Assembly: GCA_905178155.1 (NCBI GenBank)
Contig: CAJINV010000003.1
Location: 6,508,570 to 6,572,569 of the forward strand
From: Amoebophrya sp. A120
Taxonomy: Eukaryota > Protista > Dinoflagellata
DNA length: 64,000 nucleotides
Reading direction: 5' to 3'
Shown: in pieces, positions 1-12,300 of the stretch
Numbering within the stretch: the first letter of the stretch is position 1
How the letters are laid out: each line of letters opens with the position of its first letter
Notes under the pieces: generated by a model
What the model was told of the DNA's origin: nothing
The model's database searches: none
What the model saw: only the letters and a program-made list of their open reading frames with translations
Position numbers and translations under genes: made by a program

Positions 1-467
1 ACGAACATAAAGAGATTCTGAATCTGAAGGGAAAGAAATGCGACGGTTTTATGTTCGCCCCACGGCCACGTCAAAAGAAGACTGTTTTTGAAGATTGCGC
101 CCCTGGTTCTGTCATTTTTCTGCAGCAGCGTCTGTGGTGTGTACTTTCACCAAATGAAGATCAAGGCAAACAGCAAGCTGGACCTGCGTAGTGTGCAGTA
201 ATTCGCGATCTTCGAACAAAAGAAGCCTGTCGCAGTACTTACAGCCAAGCTAGTACTTATCTGTGAGCATGTCGGAACAAGAATGAATTAGAATTTTCTC
301 TCAGTGTCAATATTTTTCGCCATTTGCATTATTTTAAAGGCAGCGCAAAAATATTCGACCTTTGGGTTTGGTTTTGGCTCGCAACATTCGCCGAAAGCCA
401 CACACAGACACACCATTGTTGTAGCAGAACTGGGACCTAAGACCACTAAGCGCGAGGAGACATTATA

Positions 468-2628
468 ATGCGAGGGGTACTGATGCAGCCCATCGGGTTT
501 CTTCGTCCGGTGGTGCGTTCTTTCGGAATGTTTCTGCATCCCTGTAGTGTTGCGGGACTTGCGTTGAATCTACGATCAGACCCAGTGGCCAGGCCGTCCG
601 ACTTTGTGCCAAGACCTCGGCCGAGGTCACTAGAGGACGAGTATGGCAATGGCTATGAGAAGGTCGAAAGTAATGCGCCTCGATCCCAGAACCAGTACCG
701 GATGAAAGTCGGGCGCTTCACGATTACTCCGGCTGAGGAAGACGAGGATAGCATGCGCGACGATCTTCCAGCGACTGTGCGAGCGCTAAGTAGAACGCGG
801 ACCGCTAGCGGCGGCAACATCGTGGAATTGCTGCACAAAAGGCCGCCCTCCGGCAGCACCACAAAGAGCTCGTGCTCGTCGTACAGTCCTGGTAGTTCGT
901 CTAGCTCGTGGTCCCCGTCAGAAGTGCCCCGACCTTTGCTGTCAACTAGCGGCGCAGGGGTGAGTAACATGGTAAGTAGCAAGAACCAGGCACTCCGTTG
1001 CGCTGCTGGAGAGCTGCAACCATCTGCGGTAGAAGCAAAGGTTTGGGTTTGGCAAGATGTCGGCGCAGCTGCACGGGAACACGATTTTGGCCCACGGCGC
1101 CTTGTTTTCCTAGCAAGCTTCTTGGACGATGAGAGTAAACAGCAGGAGTTTTGTTCCACCTCTGAAATCAACGACGAGGACCGTCGAGACCGATGCGTAG
1201 GGCTAGTCGTATCCCCAAATAAAAAAACGAAAAAGACCACAGGGACCACAGCCAGAGGTCTAGGGGTTTTTCGCCCCAGTGCGCTGCAGTCTCCTAAGTA
1301 TTACGGTCTCCATTGCGAGGACCCAGGGATTTTCAGTATTCCCGAAGAGCAGTCGCCGGACTGTATCACGCAGACGCCAGCAAGCAGTTCAGGCTGCTAC
1401 ACGGACGTGCCGTCGGCTTCCTCAGACTGGGAGACAGACGAAGCAGCAATGGTGATGAAGACAGCTCCGGCGGCCGACGGAGGCACGGCAGGTGAAACTA
1501 GCATTCTCATTGGTGTGAATAAGGAGCCCCCACCAGCACCAGAGGAGCGCATTCACGGAGGCCCGTCGAGGACTAGAATTGAAAAACCTGGCTTTTTTTT
1601 TCCCGCCATTGTCGACGAGTTCATTCCTGAGGGTATTTCCAGAGAAGTCCAGCAGGAATTCTATGCGCGACAGGAACTTGGGGGGCAACTTGGGACGGTC
1701 GTTCGAGATATGGTCCACATTCAATCTGGAGGTCAGTACGTAGTAAAATATATCGCGAATGTTTGAAACTCTGTGGTTCAAATAAAGTAGATTCATCATG
1801 AGGAAAGAATGCCAGCGCGGAGCCGTGGACGACATTTCACAGTTTTGTTTTCTCATTTCAAAAGACACTCACTCACACGACGTCAGTTCACCTGTTAACG
1901 TGTGCACACATATGAAATTATTTCAAGGTTTGGATACTTGTACGCGGTTCGGCGCACCTACAGTGTCTTTTCGGGCCTGCGTGGCACGCTCTTGTCGTGC
2001 ACGGCTAGCGGAACGAGCGAGAGAAATTCCTTCTCTCAATGCAGTTCCAGCGTCGCGTGTGTGGCTCCCGGCTTCGGAGCAATTGTTGTCCGATGTTCTC
2101 ACGCTTGTGTGTGCCAGAAGAAAACAAGTTTCGCTGCGAACGCAAACTACATGCTCCCGAGGGCTAGCGGGCCAAGCAGGTGATGCGGAAAACGAAAAAG
2201 ATGCAACAGCAGAGGAACGACTTTTGCAGCTCCACCCAGACAACCGCCGTACAAGCGCCTGCAGCGCCAATCACGAGGGGCACCCGAAGAATTCCCGGAG
2301 CGCAATGCTGCGAAACAAAAGCGGAGAAAGTGACACCTCCTGGCATCGAACCTCACTCCTGACGTCGACTTTGGCAGACGCAGACTGCACGATTTTACTG
2401 AAAGATGATAAAAAGAAATCTGGCGCTCCGGCTGTTTCCCTTACAGAGCAATACGACACCGCTGTGCGCTGGGATGCCGTGGGAAATATACTGCATTTCT
2501 ACCTTGTCCAATCCGATGCGTTTCCTGCAGCGTTGCGCGGTTTGTCGAACGAGGGAGCCCTGCGGTTGAACTTGATCACTGGCGCCGTTGACGTATTCCC
2601 AGAATTAATAGCGCGAGGAGCATTCTAA
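468..2628 (+). CDS. Hypothetical Ser-rich protein, probably two exons (468-~1750 and the 3' part of ORF 1798-2628); junction unresolved
   Basis: 432-aa ORF, then an AT-richer interval, then a coding-like ORF ending at 2628. The end of exon 1 weakly resembles a kinase N-lobe, but no HRD/DFG motif is seen. Confidence 0.5.
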
Positions 2629-3880
2629 AGTTATCAAAAAAAGAGAAGAGTTATCGATTTGAATGCACATGTCGCGGTACTTACGTTTGTAAGTTGTGTT
2701 TTGTTTCGAATTTAAAACCTATCAGAACTCACTTGAATTTTTGACACTGCTTTGAAGCTTTAGTGCCGTCTGAGGCACTGCAGTTTTTTGCGTCGCACGG
2801 TGGAAAAAAAATGTTTTTTTCTGGTGCTGCGAAAGAGGGGCAGGTGTAGAGCAACTGCCGAGCCTTAGCGTAAACAAAATTCGTTCTTGTCATGTAATAT
2901 TTCGCGAAACAGATGATGATGAAAACGAAAATTTTCCACGACAGCGCCCACCTGTCATGTACCCCAATACCCGAGATGACAGGCGGCGAAAACATGATGA
3001 CAGTTTTCATGTATTTTGAGAATAAAGATGAAGATGATTGATCACATACCTGGGGACCAACAGTAAATGCGTACGTGTACAGGTTTTTTGTGCAGGTGCG
3101 CAAGTGAAATTATAAGTTGCTATCTGTCTGCTGCCCTCCGGATCGCTCGTGTAGATTCTTTTCTGCGATACTAATGAATGCAACACATTTTTGATTTTGA
3201 TATTGGAAACGAACGAGCAGAGCTACACATATGAAATGTTTTGGTAAAGGTAACTTCATGATGATTGCCGAGGGAATCTCTTGTCGAATTTGATATTTCA
3301 TGTCGAGTGACAAACACCTGCGGTGCACCGGCGAGGAGCTGCGTACATTTGCGAACAAAACGATTTCATCCCTGAGGCGCAAGCCTACATGTCGCAGCGA
3401 CAGAGCCTGCCATTCGTGTTCGGTTTATGCTCACGCCGACCCAGACTTCGAAGATCAATAACGATCCACCGCAAGAAGGTCATTATTAAGCAGTCTGCTT
3501 TTTGTCTTTCACGGAAACACGAGTGGTACGCAACCGCAACCGCAAAAGCGATGCGGTACTTTATTAAAGTAGCGCTTTTCTACACATGGATGCCGACAGA
3601 GAACATCATTACAGAGGCAGGTCTTCTCGGTTTAGTGCTCAGATGCAAGAGTAAGGATGTATGATAACCAACGACAGGCAGAACCTCTTCTGCCGCGTCT
3701 TTCCAAATCCAACAGCTACCTACTCAGGCTATAATGAGACTCCAGGGGTGTCGAACAATAGGAGTCGGTAAGGGACAGTCTAACGCTGAGAGTCGAGCAG
3801 ATGTAAATCATCAGAATAATCAAGCCGTGCATGTTTTTGCTGTTCGCGCTGCCCTTCGTTCAGTTTATAATTTTGTCGGG

Positions 3881-4711
3881 ATGACTTTCTTCACATCTTA
3901 TGCGTCATGTTCTTCGTCTGGGTCTGCAGCCCAGCAGAGCGACAGTGATAGCGCCACACGGCCAATGAAGCAGGTAGCGCTTTTCGGCGGAAGAACGGAG
4001 ATTCGAATGAGCGAGCAATCCGTGTGGCGCTGTTTGTACGGTGCGAGCTTCGGCCTTGTCGTCCTGAACGCGGTAAAGCTACCACTGCTCCTGCCGAAAT
4101 TGTCCGCCCGCCACCGCGGCGCGCCTTATTTGCCTACTTCCCGGAAGGCCCTGGACACGCTATTCAATCGTCTGCTTCCACCGCCGCAGCGTGGACCGCC
4201 AGGGAGCACAGAAGGAGCAAAATTTAATCGTGTCAGAATGCGCCTATTGGATCTGGGCTCCGGTGACGGACGTATTGTTATCGCCGCAGCGCGGCATGGA
4301 TACCACGCGACTGGGTATGAGCTCAATCCCTGGCTTTACGCCTGGTCTCAGCTCCAGCGCATCCGCACATTCGCCCGCAGCGCGGAAGAGCGCCGCAATT
4401 GCAGGTTTATCCTGGGCAATATCTGGAACGTCGTCGGTTGCAGCAGTACTGCGCGGCAGTCGCAGCGGGAGGGCACAGCAAGAGGAACTACCGGTCGGCT
4501 GCAGCCAGAGGACTCCAAAAATCTTGACAGATTCGATGTGGTAACGGTGTATGGCCGCCCAGGGGACCAGGTGATGGAACGCGTGTCGGATCTGGTGCAA
4601 AACCACTTAAGGCCCAAATACCTCGTGTCCAACCAATTTTCGGTCCCTGGCCTAGAGAGCAAGTTAGTAAAGGACTTGGACGGTCTTAAGCTGTACAAGC
4701 TGGACGACTGA
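3881..4711 (+). CDS. FAM173/ATPSCKMT-ANTKMT-like class I SAM-dependent protein lysine methyltransferase
   Basis: Hydrophobic segment, then GAPYLPTS, LLDLGSGDGRIVIAAA (motif I) and GYELNPWL, which are characteristic of the FAM173 family. Start codon uncertain. Confidence 0.85.
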   Translation: MTFFTSYASCSSSGSAAQQSDSDSATRPMKQVALFGGRTEIRMSEQSVWRCLYGASFGLVVLNAVKLPLLLPKLSARHRGAPYLPTSRKALDTLFNRLLPPPQRGPPGSTEGAKFNRVRMRLLDLGSGDGRIVIAAARHGYHATGYELNPWLYAWSQLQRIRTFARSAEERRNCRFILGNIWNVVGCSSTARQSQREGTARGTTGRLQPEDSKNLDRFDVVTVYGRPGDQVMERVSDLVQNHLRPKYLVSNQFSVPGLESKLVKDLDGLKLYKLDD

Positions 4712-5328
4712 CGTAGACAGAGTTTTATTATCATAGATCGTTGTCGTTTTCTATCTCTAGTTGTAATTTATTATACCAATTGTAGTAGAACTAGTGTGAC
4801 GCTGGCGGAGGCTTCCCAAGACGTGTTGAGTATTTGCAGGAAAAGCAACCGGTGTTCATTTCGATTCGACCTCGACGGTTTCCGAAATATATAATAATCC
4901 AATTCGATCACGAGTGTTGGAGTCGAGAGGCGTGCATGTGCAATTTGTGAGTAAACAGCTGGGAAACGGGGATCGTGGGAGTGTTAAAAAGCAGGCGAAA
5001 TAGACAAGTAAGAAAGAAACTTGGTGACTCGCATATTTTCATCTCTCTCGCTACAGGCCGATCGCCATCGTCGTCATACCGTAAACTCGTGGTGGGGGTT
5101 TCTGTCTTAAATAAGACATTGCCCGCACTAACTCTCCTACACACACGACCAAAGAACACGTCTTGGTATCGCCAGAAGTAGGAGGCTTTCGGCGATTATG
5201 CCCGCTGGTTGACGAGTATTTTTTTAAGCATCACATCGAATCGGGTTCCTCTTCGATCGTGTCGGCGCTTTGATGGGTCCCTGGGTTTCGAAGCACACTT
5301 GATCATCCTAGATGCGGCATCGTCAAGC

Positions 5329-6291
5329 ATGAGCCGTCGCGCTTTTCTGCTCGTTGGTGCTTGGTTGTCCTCCGTGTGCTCTACGTCGGCCTCACACGAT
5401 GACGTAGCGGCATCTGGAGGGATCATCGAAGCGGTGGATGACCATTCTGGTGCTGTTGATCGACAGAGGTTCTTGCGGAACGAACACAGCGACCGGTCCC
5501 CATCGGTTTCCGTGGCACAAGAAGAAGAAATCGCTGACGTCACTCCGAATACCACTGTCCTCGGTGGAATTCCAAGAACCGATGATTATTTGCCTACCAA
5601 TGCATCATCCTCATCATCCGCCACAGCTCGGCGTTTCAGGCCCCACCGAGGACCCACGGCGACCACAATACAGGCGGGCTCTTCCTCGACCAGCTCAGCA
5701 GCGGTTCCCGGTTCAGGACTTGTCCAAGGGCGACGAGCAGTCATCACGGCTTCGTCATCTATGATACGTTCGTCAGAGCTGGAGTCCGAGTGGGTGGACA
5801 ACTATGAGGACCACCTGGTGGTATCTTCGAAAGGGGACCAGCAGAATGTCACAGTCGCCAGTAAGCCTAGCAGGGCTGCTACCGATGTTCTTCGCGGTTC
5901 TGCTCTTCTGCAGTTCTTGAACGCCACCAACTGCACCGACAACGCCACAAACTGCACGAACGAAACTGCAGCCGCTCCGGCGAAGAAGACCACCGCAACG
6001 GAGGAGGAGACGCCCGGGCTCTTTCCGGAGTGGATGTCCTTCGGCAGCGCACTCGATCTCGCCAAGTTTGTCGCCACGAATGGCATGATCATTGGGCTGC
6101 TCTGTGCCGTGATTTACTTCGTGCAGACGCAGCGAGACTCTATTGTGTATGAAGACGACGTCTACGACAGTCGCGCGGGTGCGACGCAGGAGGAGATCGA
6201 AGAAAAAAGACTGGAGCGGAAGCTCCGGAAGCGAAAAGAAAAGGACGACGAAAAGATTCAGGAGGAAGTGATCGAAGAGGCGTTGCAGTGA
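5329..6291 (+). CDS. Type I membrane protein of unknown function
   Basis: Signal peptide MSRRAFLLVGAWLSSVC, Ser/Thr-rich ectodomain, NATNCTDNATNCTNET sequon cluster, TM segment GMIIGLLCAVIYFV and a charged tail. Confidence 0.75.
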   Translation: MSRRAFLLVGAWLSSVCSTSASHDDVAASGGIIEAVDDHSGAVDRQRFLRNEHSDRSPSVSVAQEEEIADVTPNTTVLGGIPRTDDYLPTNASSSSSATARRFRPHRGPTATTIQAGSSSTSSAAVPGSGLVQGRRAVITASSSMIRSSELESEWVDNYEDHLVVSSKGDQQNVTVASKPSRAATDVLRGSALLQFLNATNCTDNATNCTNETAAAPAKKTTATEEETPGLFPEWMSFGSALDLAKFVATNGMIIGLLCAVIYFVQTQRDSIVYEDDVYDSRAGATQEEIEEKRLERKLRKRKEKDDEKIQEEVIEEALQ

Positions 6292-6671
6292 CAACCTGGC
6301 GGTGATATTATTACGTGCAGCTCAGGGTTCGTTTCGTAACGCGGTCTGATTTTTGAACTTGCTGCAGTTTCTCAGCGGCTCTTCTGGTGGAGCATAAGCG
6401 AGTCCACCGTGCGACCGTGTCTTGGTCAGTGGAGGCATAGCTTTGTGTTCGACGTAGATCATCTACTGCGTTCTGTAATCAGAGTGCGCGACGAAGACTA
6501 TGATCTACTGCGCCAGCATTCTCCTGGCGAGGTGCAGAGTGATAGTGTCTTTGTCGTGTGCTCATCGTATATCGAACCGAAAGTAAGCCGAAACGGTAGC
6601 GCAAGCGAACAAAATAAGAACTATGGGTCGTATTCATCGGGGGTAAAAAGATCGCCGGCCGCGGCAACGTC

Positions 6672-8157
6672 ATGCGGCACAAGGCGGGCCCGGGATCGTG
6701 CGGGCAGGGAGGAGTCTGGAAGTGCATCTTCGTATCACCGTTGTTGACTTCGGTACTTGTTAATTTCCGAGAGGCGCATGGGGTGCAGTTGCGAACGAAG
6801 CCGCCGCGCGAGTACGACTACGGCACGTACGACCATGATTTAGAGGTGTCCCCGGGGGCTGCGTCTTCCCTTGCCATTGGCTTCTTTCGAGACGCTGTTT
6901 GGAGTCGTTACGAGGGCGTTGCAAGTGACAGCGGGCCGACCGCTGCCGCGCAGCTACTACACCGCGAAAATGTGATGTTGCATGAAGGTGCTGATCCCCA
7001 GTTACCCAGTAGTGAGAACAAGTTGGATCCACCCCTCGATGCGACGTCATCCTTTTTGGCGGTGTTTTATTCCCACACCTGTCCCGATTGTCGGAATTTT
7101 CGCCCAGTCTGGAATCGTCTACGCGGGGAAGTGCCGCAAAATCTCACTCTCGTTGCAGTGGAGGACCCCGAGTACGCCGCACCGGGTCCCTTTCGGCACT
7201 TCGAGATACCCGCAGTATTTCGTGTCGAAGTCGCAAAAAGTCGAGTACTAGCAGCGGACACGCCAACAACTACTATCGGCGCAGGAAACTTCGACGGGAC
7301 CACGACTCGATCGCGGGCTGAAGATCGTCACTCGCTGAAGGTCAAGGTCACAAAGTTTCCAATGGCTGCCTTGGGGGACTTTCTGGAACACAAAAAATCG
7401 GCTGACCGGATGCTTGCGGAGCTGGTGGGATTTGTTTCGCCCTCTGTGACCGCGTACGGCCTGTCTAAACGCAACGACGGCCGCCGCGGAAAGGAAACGA
7501 AGGGTACTGATGGTGATGCGGGCACACTGCTTGCGGTTTTGGCGGCGCACCCTGGGCAGGAGCTCGGCGTTTTGCACTCTCCTGACTTTCGAGATACTGC
7601 GCTGGCTATTAGAGGGAAAGATGCCCTGCCTCCGGAGGTGTGTTTCACGCAAAAAGAAGTTTTTAACGACGAACAAAAACTTTTACGTTTATGTTGCATG
7701 AAAGGAGAAATGCCTCCCTCTTTTACACGACGAGTGTATGCCGCTCTTGCTGGGAGATTCTGCATGTACAGATATGCGCTATTGCGCATTGCAAGCGTGT
7801 GCTGCTGATGCGCTGGGTAGAACGCATTGAAACCGCGTACTGCTGACGCATGGATAAATCATGTTTAATTCTGTTTTTCCGGTTGGGGCTTGCTATTGCT
7901 TCGGTTGAATGGCCTGGCCGCGTTCTGTGGTGGGGGCAATTTTCACTTTGGTACTCGCACAGTATCTCCTGTCGCTAAATTTGGCGACGTACTTCCAAAA
8001 CGAAACAAACACTAGTCCGAAAGCGGCTAACCAAAAAATTCTCCAACTCGCCGCTGGGTTTCTGGATCGCCACCAGCTCGCTTGGCAGGGAGGTGGAAGT
8101 ACCGAAATCTCATCTGTCGACATTTCACAACCACCTACGGATCATCCGAATAAATAA
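6672..8157 (+). CDS. Secreted thioredoxin/PDI-like protein, 2 exons (6672-7606, 7959-8157)
   Basis: FLAVFYSHTCPDCRNFRPVW (CxxC) and FEIPAVF (cis-Pro loop). Removing 7607-7958 joins DTALA|QYLLSL in frame. Confidence 0.8.
7607..7953. mobile_element. TIR introner
   Basis: Ends tattagagggaaagatgccc / gggcaattttcactttggta; DR ctggc/ctcgc; in-frame join. Confidence 0.75.
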
Positions 8158-8831
8158 AATGAATACATTGACATTGAGCAAATTAGTTTTTTCCATGTGG
8201 GTGTATACTTAATCGATCGATTGTTTGATGATGTGAGGACGAATCCTTTACATTGATGAGAACCTGTGTGAACGCGTCGCCACTGTCTGTTCTGCAGGAC
8301 CGTCAAGAAGGGTGGATGCACTAGTAGGTATCGAGACACTTGTTGTCCACTGGCATGACGCATCGCAATTACTGTCGTGGCGTAGACGAGGCAAGCGCGA
8401 CTGTGGTACAGATCGATACCCGCTTCTCCTTGGATTACCCAAATCGTCATCTTCGTTATCGGGTTTTTAATCGACATCAAAAAGTGAAAAGGTCGTCGTC
8501 GTCCGCCTTTAGCTACAACTGTGCCTCGTTAACTAAGGCATTTCCATTTGTATCGCTCGTTTTGTGCATTCGAAGAATCGATTGTTTGCAAGAACGAGTT
8601 GTCTTCGTCGATATCTTGATCTTTGTCCTCTTATCGAACTTAGAAGAGCATGCGGTCGTGTTTGGCTAAACACGAGCGTATGCTCGAAAAAATACGGACA
8701 AAAGTGCGACTAGTACGGGAGCACGCACGGTGCCATTTTTTTGAGTGTTCAATTCGCATCGAGGCGTGTAAGAGGTCGTTTTTCGTTGTGAGTGCTCGAC
8801 AAACGAGCGTCTTTTTAGGGAATGGTAGGAA

Positions 8832-8981
8832 AGTACGAAGGTGCAGCCACGGATGCGCTGTAGATTCAGGCAGCTAAAAGCCGCATCACATGCAGGCCTT
8901 AGGAGAGTACGAAGGTGCAGCCACGGTTGCGCTGTAGATTCAGGCAGCTAAAAGCCGCATCACATCCACATGCAGGCCTCA
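8832..8981. repeat. Two-copy tandem duplication, period 74 bp
   Basis: agtacgaaggtgcagccacgg...gcaggcct at 8832 and 8906. Confidence 0.9.
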
Positions 8982-9376
8982 GGGCGCTGGAAGTAGAAAG
9001 TAGGCGTTGGCGGGAAAAAATAGTCAGGGGGCCCGATTACGTAGAGCGAGGTGTCGTCGTGCTTCACTAGACCAGGAGTGAGTCGATGTTTGCAACATTC
9101 CATGCTGGCATCCGTCCCGCTTTATTCTTAGTAGATCGACATCGACGTCGTGCTATACAGTGGTGAGCCTTAGAAAAGTTCAATATCCGCGTTCTTGGTA
9201 ATACATCTTCAATTTCGACGTGCGTTTTGACGGTCAGCAAGTGCAAGGGTCCTTTCTTTGTTTTTTGCTACTGCCGGGACCGCGACGGCACGTAGAAGAT
9301 GATGCCTCAGGACTTTTTAACGAGAGCACGCTGAGCTGGAGCAAGTTGGGGTGAGGCCTACTAACTTCCAGCAGAG

Positions 9377-12300
9377 ATGCCGCTCACGCGGAAAGACCGG
9401 ACGCACCACACCGGTGCGTCGAACCGGGAGACGCACTGGAAGCCGATCAAGGGCGTGCCCACCGACTTCGATGGGACGATGCGAAGTACGCTCCCGCGGG
9501 AGTACAAGTACCATCTGAGCCGAAACGCGCCGCTCATGCAGCTGTCCGGGGAAGCGAACACGGATTTCGAACAGACGCTGGCGGGGGCGGGCTACCGCAA
9601 GGGCGAGACCCTGACCGACACCCAAACAGAGCTGTTCAACCAGACCCGGGACCTGAAGCTGTCCGCTAATCTAGCCACGCGGCAAAGAGTACTGGAGGAC
9701 AGTTTCAAGCCACAGGCGTCGGCGGGCGGCGAGAACGCCGACGCACTGGATTCGTCGCAGAAAATGCCGGACGTGCTGCCGTCTTTCCTCAGCTGCCGCG
9801 AGAAGCAAAAGCTGCCGCTTGGCAGCGAGCTACTCCCCAGCTCTCCATCCAAGATTTCAGCTCCGAAAATCGAGTCCATGAAGGCAGTTGCCCCGAAATT
9901 GCCTCACGACAAAGCACAAAAGCTGCTACCGGCACTGCAGGTAAATTCTTTGTTGGCATGAAAAATTAATATATCTTCTATTAATTCATACATTCACCTG
10001 CCAATGCCACTCTTTTTTTAGATTTCACTGAGCTTTTTTGGCTTTTCTTTGTCTTTTTGCCGGAGTGACAGATGATTCGTCGTGTCTGGTTGTGTAGGCA
10101 AGAAAGTGAACTTGAGTGTTGTAATTTGTCAAAGAAATAGGATCGATTCAACATCAACTCGATAAACAGAAAAAAGCTACCATGCGTAAGTCTTCAATAC
10201 AAAGTACACCTAAACGCTGCCTCAGGTTGGGCATCATGTCTTGCCAGGGACTGTGCAGAGTTTGCCGCGATGGAACGCGCGCAGTTGGTGGGAGCCTCTG
10301 GCTTTAGAGATGCAGCCGAAAATCAAAGACTACGAAGCTTCCTGTGTTTGGAATGACATGGACTCCCACTACCTAAAACGCAGGAAAGGTCAGGACTACC
10401 TGTTTCGGGCCACGCGAACACAAGCGGAGGCCGATGCAGAGAACGAAGAGGCAGCGAAGCGAGACCTCAACCGGTTGGAAGAATACTACCCGAGGCGTAT
10501 CCGGAGTAAAAATGTACCCACCTCCAGAGTTGTCATGCATAATTTGCATTAGCATTGCCAGAACATGAACATGTCTCATGCGGTTCCCCATGAGAGGTAT
10601 TTTCGAGTCGTATTTTGAAATTTGTCATGCGCCAATCAGCACAAGAGACAACCATGCGGAGCGGGTACTACTAGCTCAACACGACTACAACAATGTGGAG
10701 CAGAATTAGGCATGCGTGATTCCCAGAAGTTGTTCACTTGTGTAGCAGAAATTGCAAATCTTGACCACCACTATGGGTTGGTGCGTTTTTACACAGGAGA
10801 AGGCGCGAGTTGGTGGACTCCGTGAAGCGGCTGGAGCCCGGAAACGACACGCAGGTGCGACCGGTTTATCTGCCCGATTTCGCTTACCTGCTCCCTGGCC
10901 GTACCAACGCCGAAATGAAAGCCCGCGTCGAGCGTCTCCGCGGTGTGCTCAGACAAAAGTAATTCTTGACGACTTCTTTGCGCGTGTCGATGTCGTTCAC
11001 GATATGATGCGGTTGATGATGCGATCGCGTTTCCTTTTACAAAGAAGTACGAAAGAGAAGAAAAGACACAACGAACTGTCACACTACAGTGAACACACAC
11101 GACAAGAATGAATTTGATTTTTTTTTCGTCTCAGATACGGTGGTCGACCAGGACTGAACAAGGTCTTTCGAGCGTTTGCCAACGTGAAGCCGGGGTTCCT
11201 CCTGCCAAAAGACTTCCACAACGTTCTGGACAGCATGGGCATAAAAACAGAGATGCGCGAATGCGAACTACTCATCCAAGCCGTGGATCGCACGGAGAAA
11301 GGAGCCATCACATTTTATCGTAAGGTAAAATCCCCCCTCCCCATATTGAAAAGGTATGTTTTCGAAAATTTGCGTAGCTGATTTGAGGTCACAAATCACA
11401 TCTGTGTTGCAAGAAGAGAACGGCAGAAGCTTCCGCCCCATTATGGAAGCGGTTTGTCATGCTGTTGAGCCAACATCAAGGACGCTTCTCATGCTAAGCG
11501 CCTAACTCAAAGCATCTCTGCTCAGGCTTGATATGGGTCTGCAGTCCTCTCTAGCAAGACAGATTTGATTTGTGTACTCAAATACAGCAACACACATTCC
11601 GCTTTCGATATGGGGAAGGGGGATTTTTCCTCACAATACATTTGAAGAGTTTGCAGATCTGGTAAGCTTATAATAATAACTATTCAGAAATGAGTCATGG
11701 GTGGCCTATATATATAATCTATAGGGGGCCTCTTAGAAAATTTTTCTAAGAGAAATTGCTTAGGCGGTACCACTTAAGAGAGCTCCTTAAGAGAGCTCCT
11801 TAAGGGAGCGCCTTAAGAAGCTTCCTCAAGGAGCTTCCTGCAGGACGGAGATAGCTTGCTTCAGGAAACAGCTCGAGCCGTGCCCGTTCTCGCTGTCGCT
11901 GCGAAAATGTGACTGGCAGCAGCTAGCGGCCATCGCTTTATTTTGGCGAGCGAAAAAAGTGCGACGCTACGCTTTCACTGACTCGGGCAAAATGATGACC
12001 AGAGGTGAGGGGCGAGCGTGAGGCGACGAGTGGCGTGAGGGCATGAGATTTNNNNNNNNNNNNNNNNNNNNNNNNNNNNNNNNNNNNNNNNNNNNNNNNN
12101 NNNNNNNNNNNNNNNNNNNNNNNNNNNNNNNNNNNNNNNNNNNNNNNNNNNNNNNNNNNNNNNNNNNNNNNNNNNNNNNNNNNNNNNNNNNNNNNNNNNN
12201 NNNNNNNNNNNNNNNNNNNNNNNNNNNNNNNNNNNNNNNNNNNNNNNNNNNNNNNNNNNNNNNNNNNNNNNNNNNNNNNNNNNNNNNNNNNNNNNNNNNN

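Noticed and set aside
1660-1766. Protein kinase call for the first gene
   Set aside because: Only a vague N-lobe resemblance; no catalytic loop or DFG motif downstream.
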